64,000 bases of DNA. It comes from a virus. The first letter of the stretch is position 1; each line of letters opens with the position of its first letter. Both the position numbers and the translations under genes were made by a program. The notes under the pieces were generated by a model. That model saw only the letters and a list, made by a program, of their open reading frames with translations. It was not told the origin of the DNA and made no database searches. The stretch lies in the IMG/VR virus record IMGVR_UViG_3300023184_007611, positions 37,046 through 101,045 of that record; one strand, given 5' to 3'. Positions 57,191 through 64,000 of the stretch are shown here, one piece after another.

Positions 57191-57337
57191 GCGTCACGAG
57201 CTACAGGGACAACGGTATAAGTTTATATAGTGTCCTAATTTTCCTGAACGCCTGCACGGTTGACGAATAAGCTTATAAGTTTATATAGTATCCTGATTTT
57301 CCTGAATTCCTGCGTCACGAGCTACTTGCGTCACGAG
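57191..57337. repeat. Interleaved direct repeats: GCGTCACGAG x3 and TATAAGTTTATATAGT-TCCT-ATTTTCCTGAA x2
   Basis: GCGTCACGAG at 57191, 57312, 57328; long unit at 57216 and 57274. Confidence 0.85.
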
Positions 57338-57378
57338 TTCAGTTCAGGATAAGCTTATAAGTTTATTTAAATGATTTA

Positions 57379-57432
57379 ACTGGAGTTACTGGAGTTACTG
57401 GAGTTACTGGAGTTACTGGAGTTACTGGAGTT
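57379..57432. repeat. Perfect 9-bp tandem repeat (ACTGGAGTT)x6
   Basis: Directly visible. Confidence 0.95.
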
Positions 57433-57452
57433 ATAAGTTTATGTAATTAAAT

Positions 57453-57486
57453 AAAAAAGCCCCGTTAGTTTATAATCTAACGGGGT
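57453..57486 (-). terminator. Intrinsic terminator ending the minus-strand tRNA/ncRNA unit
   Basis: Minus strand: CCCCGTTAG-ATTATAAA-CTAACGGGG-CTTTTTT. Confidence 0.85.
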
Positions 57487-57491
57487 TTGGG

Positions 57492-57705
57492 GATTCTTTT
57501 TAGATAATGCTCGGTTTTTGATCCTAAAACCGATTTGATTGGCATTGTGGTGGTGGAAAGGAGCTTAAGTACCAAAGAAACTTAAATTTACCCACATCAC
57601 ACATTATCTCATGCTTTTATGATCTCTGTGCCAGAGACTTGAGCAGTTAATTAACTCAAGCGATATTAACATTACACTCTTTGGTTTCAAGCAAGATAAA
57701 GAACC
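57492..57705 (-). ncRNA. Candidate structured non-coding RNA (~215 nt, multi-stem, pseudoknotted), family unknown
   Basis: Eight hand-folded stems plus a 9-bp loop pairing ACCAAAGAG/TTCTTTGGT; lies between a promoter and a terminator; no ORF. Confidence 0.65.
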
Positions 57706-57723
57706 ATTAACTTAACTAATATC

Positions 57724-57751
57724 ATCTTAATGATTGTTTTAAATTAGTCAA
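57724..57751 (-). promoter_or_regulatory. sigma70-like promoter upstream of the candidate ncRNA
   Basis: Minus strand TTGACT-N16-TAAGAT. Confidence 0.55.
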
Positions 57752-57821
57752 TATAATTATTGTTTATTTAAATGGGGATAGTGGGAGTTGAACCCACATG
57801 ATGTTGCCATCGAGGGATTTT

Positions 57822-58583
57822 CAACAAGATGAATGTTTTCACATTCTGGTTACTTGTTTGGACTATATCATCACCTTCAACATTACTTGGTTAGGTGTCG
57901 TGAGCATAAGTCTCTGAACCTTCCTCATTTTAAAGAGGCTCGGCTGCTGATTGCCCAATTTCCCATAGTTTTATAACTTTCGCACCCGTTGTTTCCAACC
58001 ATGCTGTAGTCATGGGAACTATAAGGGTATTCCAGCAATTTCCACGATTCTCATTCATAGATTTCTCTATGATGGCTCGTTGCAAATCAAGATATTTATG
58101 TAGTCTACCATGTGTTCTTCTGTCCATCACCATAAGGTTTTTTACATCGTTATTCTTATAATTATTATCAACATGATGAATTACCATATTGTAAGATAAT
58201 TTTCCAAGAATACTTTTTGCAATTTCTCTGTGTTCACATTTCGCCCCAATCATTTTATATTGATTAGAACTCAATGTTTCTTTTGCAAGCTTTTTATTTA
58301 GTTTCCAACAATCAGAACAATGTTTTTGTTCTTTTCGCCAACCTAAATATTCTTTCTTGCAAACTTCACAGATTATTTTAATCCTTCTGGTAAATGGATC
58401 ATTTTGGTAACGATTCTTAGCACATTCCCTTTTGTGCTTAAGATAACATTCCCTACACATCTTTCGACCAACATCACGATCTTGATTGCATTTAATGCAC
58501 ATCTTTGGTTTTTTGCTCATGTTTTAAATTAGTAATCCTAATTAAAAAATTGGCATACTTATCAAATTAATACATTAAAAGTC
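57822..58583 (-). mobile_element. Group I self-splicing intron (tRNA-Leu/IC3-like) with homing endonuclease ORF
   Basis: Follows U34 and ends in G; IGS GAGCC 58078-74; P2 TCATAGA-GAAA-TCTATGA; P AATTGCTGGAA; Q AATCAGCAG; R GTTCAGAGACT; S GATATAGTCC; P3 TCGTG/CACGA. Confidence 0.93.
57930..58520 (-). CDS. Intron-encoded HNH homing endonuclease with N-terminal Cys zinc fingers
   Basis: CxxC pairs, EHR, IHHVDNNYKNNDVKNL...HGRLH. Confidence 0.88.
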   Translation of the reverse strand: MSKKPKMCIKCNQDRDVGRKMCRECYLKHKRECAKNRYQNDPFTRRIKIICEVCKKEYLGWRKEQKHCSDCWKLNKKLAKETLSSNQYKMIGAKCEHREIAKSILGKLSYNMVIHHVDNNYKNNDVKNLMVMDRRTHGRLHKYLDLQRAIIEKSMNENRGNCWNTLIVPMTTAWLETTGAKVIKLWEIGQSAAEPL

Positions 58584-58623
58584 AAGTCCCTTGCGTCTGC
58601 CAGTTCCGCCATATCCCCTTTGT

Positions 58624-59007
58624 TTAGTTCCACCAAGCAGTAGTTTTACTTTCTTGGTTAAAATCTTTTTTATGAAGTGTTTTTATTACTTTATCAAATT
58701 CTTCTCCCAATTCATGGATACGAGAGATTGAGATTAAAACATGAGTTCCCCCAATTGCAGTTTCTTGAATTTCTGTAAGTCTTTCAACAACTTCTTTGAA
58801 CAAGTCTTTAGTTGCAATAGCAAGGTTTCTTAATTCTTTTTTATTGGTGACTAGATCAATTGTAAAAGAATCTTGCAATACTGCAATTGCTCCAAGACTA
58901 ACCTTTATCTTATCTCCTTTTTTAATTTTCTTCAATTCATTTAATGAATCTTGAAGGAACATAGCCAAGGCATCGAACAGTTTTCTAGTTTTATCATCTA
59001 CTTTCAT
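58624..59007 (-). CDS. Hypothetical protein, probably co-transcribed with the tRNA
   Basis: AAGGAG SD; stop is 5 nt before the tRNA 5' end. Confidence 0.65.
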   Translation of the reverse strand: MKVDDKTRKLFDALAMFLQDSLNELKKIKKGDKIKVSLGAIAVLQDSFTIDLVTNKKELRNLAIATKDLFKEVVERLTEIQETAIGGTHVLISISRIHELGEEFDKVIKTLHKKDFNQESKTTAWWN

Positions 59008-59044
59008 ATTACCACTCCTTTTAAAAATAGGTTAACTAATAATG

Positions 59045-59076
59045 TATTCGGTTCATAATATTGGAAAATTCCAACT
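59045..59076 (-). promoter_or_regulatory. Bipartite motif AGTTGRAAT-N14-AACCGA, copy 1
   Basis: Minus strand AGTTGGAATTTTCCAATATTATGAACCGAATA. Confidence 0.65.
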
Positions 59077-59158
59077 TTTAATTAAAATATTTTGCTTTTT
59101 ATAAAAAACTTTATAATAATAACTTCAGGGTGTTTATCATTTTTTCAGGAGATGTATT

Positions 59159-59626
59159 ATGAGATTATGTGTAAGTTTATTGTGTTTAAGTTTATATGGT
59201 ATTGCATATGGAAATCAGACAGGCAAGGTATATGAAGCAGATCATGCTTTAGTAGGAGTAAATGGAATATATTTCATAGAAGGCAGAGAAAATGCTAAGA
59301 AGTATTTAGACAAGATATTTAATGATATATGGTTTAAACAGAATTTTAAGATAAAGAAGCCAGTAGTAATAAGAGAAACGAATAATTATAAATTAACTTC
59401 CACAATAGGAAGTGCAGTAGCTAATGGTAGAGGAACAATATCAGTACCAGATGGTGGTTGTTACAATTTTAATGTGATACATGAGGTAGCTCATCATATA
59501 AGGCCACATGGACAGCATGAAAAGGAGTTTACTAAAATGTATTTAATATTAATTGAACATTTCACTAACCCTAATGTTGCAAAGGAGTTACGGAATAATT
59601 ACAAGAGATTTGGGGTACAATTTTAA
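59159..59626 (+). CDS. Zincin-like (HExxH) metallohydrolase with N-terminal signal-like segment
   Basis: VIHEVAHH ... HEKEF. Confidence 0.7.
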   Translation: MRLCVSLLCLSLYGIAYGNQTGKVYEADHALVGVNGIYFIEGRENAKKYLDKIFNDIWFKQNFKIKKPVVIRETNNYKLTSTIGSAVANGRGTISVPDGGCYNFNVIHEVAHHIRPHGQHEKEFTKMYLILIEHFTNPNVAKELRNNYKRFGVQF

Positions 59627-59640
59627 AATTAATTAAAAAT

Positions 59641-59672
59641 AGTTGAAATTATTAAGTTGGCAGAACCGAATA
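59641..59672 (+). promoter_or_regulatory. Bipartite motif AGTTGRAAT-N14-AACCGA, copy 2
   Basis: AGTTGAAATTATTAAGTTGGCAGAACCGAATA. Confidence 0.65.
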
Positions 59673-59736
59673 AGGTGTAGGATCAAAGAGTTGTGTGTTA
59701 CAACTTAAAGATTATAAATTTTATAGGAGAATACAG

Positions 59737-60837
59737 ATGGAAGCTCAGAAAGTAAGTCGTGTTGATAACTTGGAAGTCATTTACCAAGAGTTCGTAGATG
59801 GTAACAAGCCAATTAAAGCTTCGACATTAAAAGAAGAATACATGACTAGGTTTGGTGATGATAAACCAGCATCATTGACAACTGTTATTTACAGTTTTAT
59901 AAATAACAAGAAAAATAGTAATATTACAAAGTTAGAAACTTCAGAAGAAACTAAAGGAGAAGAAGTGAGCAATATTTCTAGTTATTCAGTAGTTAGTGGT
60001 GATTTAGCGTTTATGAAAGTGCCAACGAGTAATACTACTTATCACATTAGCAAGAAAGATGAGGATTTCCTTAAGATTATTGATGATGATAGTAAGACTG
60101 GATTGATTGCTAATATCATGTTAATTGGTAGTCATGGTTGTGGTAAAACAGAAATGGCTAAAGAGTTTGCTGCAAGGACTGGTCGTCATTTCTTCCATAC
60201 CAATTGTGCAATGTATCGTGAACCTAGAGATTTCTACGGATACAAAGGTGCAAAATCTGGAAGCACCTATTGGAGAAAGAGTGATTTTGTTCAAGCTATA
60301 GAAAGGCCAAATACTGTAATTTTGTTAGATGAGTTCAATCGTTGTTCTCCAATGGTAGCAAACAGCTTGTTTAATCTCTTGGATGACAATCGTTGTGCAG
60401 TATTTGATGAGATTGGAGAAGTAAAGGTAGGTGCTGGCAATGTTATCTTTGGAACAATTAATCGTGGTGTTCAGTATACTGGCACAATGATTAGTGATGC
60501 AGCAGTCATGGATAGGTTTGGTAATACTGTAGAAGTACATTACTTACCAGATAACCTAGAGATTGATGTATTAGTTAAAAGAACAGGCATTGACAAAGCT
60601 AATGCTAAGATGTTGGTACAACTAGGTAATACTATTCGTTCTAAGGCTGGTGAAATGGGTAGTACGATTAGGGCTTCTGTATCAACAAGGTTATTAATTA
60701 AGACAGCGGAGAGATTTAAGACTATGGGTAAAGCATCGTTTGATTATACTATTCTTCCTCTTTACAGCAAAGAAGGTGGAGCTAATAGTGAAAGAAGTCA
60801 GATTACCCAAATGATTCAGATGGTGTTTGGAGATTAA
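59737..60837 (+). CDS. MoxR/CbbQ/CobS-type AAA+ ATPase
   Basis: Walker A GSHGCGKT, Walker B LLDEFNR, DRF, S-T-R sensor; AGGAG SD before MEAQK. Confidence 0.9.
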   Translation: MEAQKVSRVDNLEVIYQEFVDGNKPIKASTLKEEYMTRFGDDKPASLTTVIYSFINNKKNSNITKLETSEETKGEEVSNISSYSVVSGDLAFMKVPTSNTTYHISKKDEDFLKIIDDDSKTGLIANIMLIGSHGCGKTEMAKEFAARTGRHFFHTNCAMYREPRDFYGYKGAKSGSTYWRKSDFVQAIERPNTVILLDEFNRCSPMVANSLFNLLDDNRCAVFDEIGEVKVGAGNVIFGTINRGVQYTGTMISDAAVMDRFGNTVEVHYLPDNLEIDVLVKRTGIDKANAKMLVQLGNTIRSKAGEMGSTIRASVSTRLLIKTAERFKTMGKASFDYTILPLYSKEGGANSERSQITQMIQMVFGD

Positions 60838-60851
60838 TAAGTTTATGGTTT

Positions 60852-60881
60852 GCCACTTTTCCTTAAAAGTGGCTTTTTTTT
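60852..60881 (+). terminator. Intrinsic terminator
   Basis: gccactttt-cctt-aaaagtggc followed by T8. Confidence 0.8.
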
Positions 60882-60885
60882 AAAT

Positions 60886-60916
60886 AGTTGAAATTTTGGT
60901 ATAGTTGTAACCGATA
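60886..60916 (+). promoter_or_regulatory. Bipartite motif AGTTGRAAT-N14-AACCGA, copy 3
   Basis: AGTTGAAATTTTGGTATAGTTGTAACCGATA. Confidence 0.65.
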
Positions 60917-60958
60917 GACACATAGAGTTATTTATAACATTAAATAGGAGATTTTAAA

Positions 60959-63055
60959 ATGGGTAGTGGATACATGGATTATTGGAGAAATGATGGGAAG
61001 AAGCGTAACACATACATACATGATGATTATGCTGATAGTATTTACGATTACGATTCTGCAACTGAAAACAAGGTAACAAAGAGTTATCAAGATTATTCAT
61101 CTAGGTATAAATCTGGATATAGTGCTTCATCTTATTGGTTGCAGTTTTCTAGTAAGACTGATGATAAGCAGCAAAAATTAACAGATGGATTAGCGTTTGT
61201 TTGCAGAAGTGTAAACATTATTCGTCATCGTTATGGTAAAGGTGATGAAAAGTCTTTGGTTGTACAATGGGCAAATGACATTACTCAAATCAATACACAT
61301 GACAATAACATTGTTTATTTAAATCCTAGTCCATTAATTGAAACTAGCAGTTTCACAGAGAATCAAAGGTACGATGTTATTATTGGTCAGGCATTACTAA
61401 GTTCTGTTCAAAAGCATTTAGTAAGTCTTGATTGTAGTTTTTTCTCAAACAGTTTATTGAGCATAGATAGCAATATAAACATTGTTTGTGAAGGAGAAGA
61501 ATTAAAAGTATTCTCATTAGATAAAGATGGAAAAAAGACTGGTGTAATCAATTTCATTGATGGTAGGTTTGACAAAGAAGGTGTACAGATTTTTCAAGAG
61601 CATATAGTGTATGGTGGCAACAAAGAAAGTTTTTCTGCCATTGATATATCTGCTTTATATTTAAATGGTTGTGTACAAGTATGGAGAGCAATTGAACAAG
61701 TCATTGCTGAGACAGCTATTAGCAATGAGTATAGGGGAAGTATTGCATATCTTTATAGTCATCGCAATTATTACAATGATGCAAAGTATATCAAGTCATT
61801 GAAAGATGGATTAAAGATATATGATGAAGAAAATGCAGAATTACTTTCTATAGCATTAGCTGTTCACAATGTATTGAATGACAATGACAGGATTTCACTT
61901 ACTGATGTTCATAGTTTTTATCAACCAGTAGTTGATATGATAAGTAACATTTTGCTTACAAAGCCAGATTGTGATTCAGAAGCAAGGTTATCTTCTTCAC
62001 TTCATTTTGGAGTAGTTCTTAGTGAATACATATCCAAGAAGAAGAAAGAGATGGAAGAAAACAAAGATACAGAAGGAAGCGGTAAGGTCGGCAATAGTGA
62101 CATGAACAGGATAGTTGATCTTACTAAGAATGGTCTTACACCATCATTAGTTAATACAGTTTGCAAGAAAGACAGTCATTGCAAGCAAGTGGCACAGATT
62201 GGCGGGTTAGAAGTTGGAGATGAGAAGGCAATTAGGAGTATGGAGTTAGAAGGATTAACGAGTGGGTTTAGAGATGTTGATATTACTGAGGAATCTTGGT
62301 ATAGGAGTAAGGAGAGTAACTTTATCAAGTATACTAATTATAAGAACACTTATAGGCAGTACATTGATATGTTACGAGAGAGGTTATTTGTTCGCACTTT
62401 AGATTTATCAGCACCAGAGTTCAACATGAAAACTGGTAACATTGATGAAAGTTCTTTATGGAAGTTATGCGACAAGGAAGATGAGAGTAATGCAATATTC
62501 TATCAGAATGATACACCGCAGAAGATAGAAAAGTGCAGTATTAATATCTTGTTTGACAATTCTGGTAGTATGTCATCGAATGACAGGATAGAGGTATGCC
62601 GTCAGATTGGTGTGATAATGAATGAAGCAGTAAGGGGCATAGCCAATATAAAGTTAAACTTTTACAGTTTTACTGATAGTAAGTTTTACAAGTTTGAAAA
62701 TGCAGAAGATTTAGTAGCCATGAAAGAGCAGGGTGGAACAGATGAGGGTGGAGCAATGGCTTGTGTTTTGCGTGAGATAAACAATAAGCGTGTAGCTGAT
62801 TTATCAGAAGGTATTGATGGTTATGGCAAGACATTTTTCTTAGCTATTGGTGATGGTCAGACTGATGTAGACAAGGTAAAAAAGAGTTTAGATTTAATAA
62901 AGCGTGATGGTGTAAAGTTTTTCCATGTAGGCATTGACAATGCTTATGATGCAAAGTATGGCAAGGCTACATATGGTGAAGATAGTTTTTCAATTATACC
63001 AACTGAAAATCTTCTTTATGTTATGTGCAATTTCTTAGTTAAGGCTTTGACCTAA
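60959..63055 (+). CDS. VWA-domain (CobT-like) partner of the MoxR ATPase
   Basis: MIDAS motif DNSGSM, GGT, GDG. Confidence 0.85.
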   Translation: MGSGYMDYWRNDGKKRNTYIHDDYADSIYDYDSATENKVTKSYQDYSSRYKSGYSASSYWLQFSSKTDDKQQKLTDGLAFVCRSVNIIRHRYGKGDEKSLVVQWANDITQINTHDNNIVYLNPSPLIETSSFTENQRYDVIIGQALLSSVQKHLVSLDCSFFSNSLLSIDSNINIVCEGEELKVFSLDKDGKKTGVINFIDGRFDKEGVQIFQEHIVYGGNKESFSAIDISALYLNGCVQVWRAIEQVIAETAISNEYRGSIAYLYSHRNYYNDAKYIKSLKDGLKIYDEENAELLSIALAVHNVLNDNDRISLTDVHSFYQPVVDMISNILLTKPDCDSEARLSSSLHFGVVLSEYISKKKKEMEENKDTEGSGKVGNSDMNRIVDLTKNGLTPSLVNTVCKKDSHCKQVAQIGGLEVGDEKAIRSMELEGLTSGFRDVDITEESWYRSKESNFIKYTNYKNTYRQYIDMLRERLFVRTLDLSAPEFNMKTGNIDESSLWKLCDKEDESNAIFYQNDTPQKIEKCSINILFDNSGSMSSNDRIEVCRQIGVIMNEAVRGIANIKLNFYSFTDSKFYKFENAEDLVAMKEQGGTDEGGAMACVLREINNKRVADLSEGIDGYGKTFFLAIGDGQTDVDKVKKSLDLIKRDGVKFFHVGIDNAYDAKYGKATYGEDSFSIIPTENLLYVMCNFLVKALT

Positions 63056-63066
63056 GTTTATAGTTT

Positions 63067-63098
63067 GTGTGCCTGAGATAAACTTAGGCACACTTTTT
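63067..63098 (+). terminator. Intrinsic terminator
   Basis: gtgtgcctgag-ataaa-cttaggcacac followed by T5. Confidence 0.8.
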
Positions 63099-63127
63099 AA
63101 ACCTTTATAAAACTTAAGGATAAGTTT

Positions 63128-63622
63128 ATGGAAGCTTTTAATGAAAAATCTGTAGCTGTAATAGCTAAAAATGCAGAATGGTCTTTTCTTTACGCAAGAG
63201 ATTTTTTAAAAGCACCTTTTCCTTTAGGTGAAAAGGCTATCAGTAGAAACTCATGTTATTCTTTTGCTTATGCTTTAAATGTTTTAAAAGCACCTTTTCC
63301 ATTAGGGGAAGTTGCGATTGCTAGAAGTGCAGAATGGTCTTGCAAATATGCACAATATGTTTTAAAAGCACCTTTTAGATTAGGTGAAGCTGTGATAGCT
63401 ACAAGTGCAGCTTATTCTTATCGTTATGCAAATAATGTTTTAAACGCACCTTTTCCATTAGGTGAAAAGGCGATAGCTACAAAAGCAAGCTATTCTTATT
63501 TTTATGCTACAGAAGTTTTAGAAGCACCTTTTAAATTAGGTGAAAAGTTGATAGCTAAAAGTCCAGCTTATTATAAGATTTACAAAAGGTTATTTCCAAG
63601 ACCAACATTTTTTACATATTAA
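63128..63622 (+). CDS. Tandem helical-repeat protein (YAxxVLKAPFPLGExAIA)
   Basis: ~26-aa repeats. Confidence 0.75.
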   Translation: MEAFNEKSVAVIAKNAEWSFLYARDFLKAPFPLGEKAISRNSCYSFAYALNVLKAPFPLGEVAIARSAEWSCKYAQYVLKAPFRLGEAVIATSAAYSYRYANNVLNAPFPLGEKAIATKASYSYFYATEVLEAPFKLGEKLIAKSPAYYKIYKRLFPRPTFFTY

Positions 63623-63632
63623 GGATAAGTTT

Positions 63633-64000
63633 ATGAACGCACAAGAAGCTTATGATAATGCTTATATTGTACTTAAAAAACCTTGGCCAGAAGGTGAAGC
63701 TACGATAGCTACAGATGCGAGTTATTCTTTTTATTATGCTTACAATGTTTTAAAAGCACCTTTTCCGCTAGGTGAAGCTGCGATAGCTACAAGTGCGTAT
63801 TATTCTCTTTATTATGCAAGAAATATACTTAAAGCACCTTTTCCGTTAGGTGAAGCTGAGTTAGCTACAGATTCAGCTTATTCTTTTGGTTATGCAATTG
63901 ATGTTTTAAAAAGCCGTTTTCCAAAGGGTGAAGCTGCGATAGCTACAAATGCTCAATATTCTTATGAATATGCAAGAGATATACTTAAAGCACCTTTTCG
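63633..64000 (+). CDS. Paralogous repeat protein, 3'-truncated by window edge
   Basis: MNAQEAYDNAY..LKAPFPLGEAAIA repeats; same ttaaggataagtttATG leader as 63128. Confidence 0.75.
   Translation, partial: MNAQEAYDNAYIVLKKPWPEGEATIATDASYSFYYAYNVLKAPFPLGEAAIATSAYYSLYYARNILKAPFPLGEAELATDSAYSFGYAIDVLKSRFPKGEAAIATNAQYSYEYARDILKAPF

Larger units (their letters stand above)
57773..58618 (-). tRNA. trnL: tRNA-Leu(UAA), intron-containing (exon 1 58618-58584, exon 2 57821-57773; CCA not encoded)
   Basis: Spliced GGGGATATGGCGGAACTGGCAGACGCAAGGGACTT|AAAATCCCTCGATGGCAACATCATGTGGGTTCAACTCCCACTATCCCCA folds into a class II cloverleaf. Confidence 0.95.

Overview
Very AT-rich, gene-dense segment (standard code 11) that reads as an accessory region of a huge/jumbo bacteriophage. 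Evidence: bacterial SD sites, sigma70-type promoters, intrinsic terminators, T4-like TANATA late-promoter boxes, many free-standing endonucleases, AMG-type genes (DHFR, IscA, UvsE, PlcP/Agt-like pair, glycan-modifying enzymes) and a MoxR-VWA pair. No terminase, capsid or polymerase gene is in the window, so 'phage' is an inference. Main observations: (1) at least 12 unrelated proteins share an N-terminal M-(N/K/D)-F-K-x-W-L-x(1-3)-E-type leader resembling the T4 capsid-targeting sequence. Six sit head-to-tail at 31.8-40.2 kb behind a near-invariant TAAATAAACT-ATGAACTTTAAA junction. Across the family, cargo domains include nucleases and ADP-ribosyltransferase-like, kinase-like and GNAT domains. 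(2) A tRNA-Leu(UAA) is split by a 762-nt group I intron whose HNH ORF starts in the P1 loop and reads through the ribozyme core. (3) Directly downstream is an unannotated ~215-nt RNA with eight stems and a 9-bp pseudoknot, between a sigma70 promoter and a terminator. (4) A repeat-rich region at 55.9-57.4 kb lies near an apparent GC-skew switch (candidate replication origin). (5) A bipartite promoter-like motif occurs three times with identical spacing. (6) Mucin-like Thr-rich proteins occur alongside a glycosylation toolkit. Family assignments come from motif recognition by eye, not database searches.
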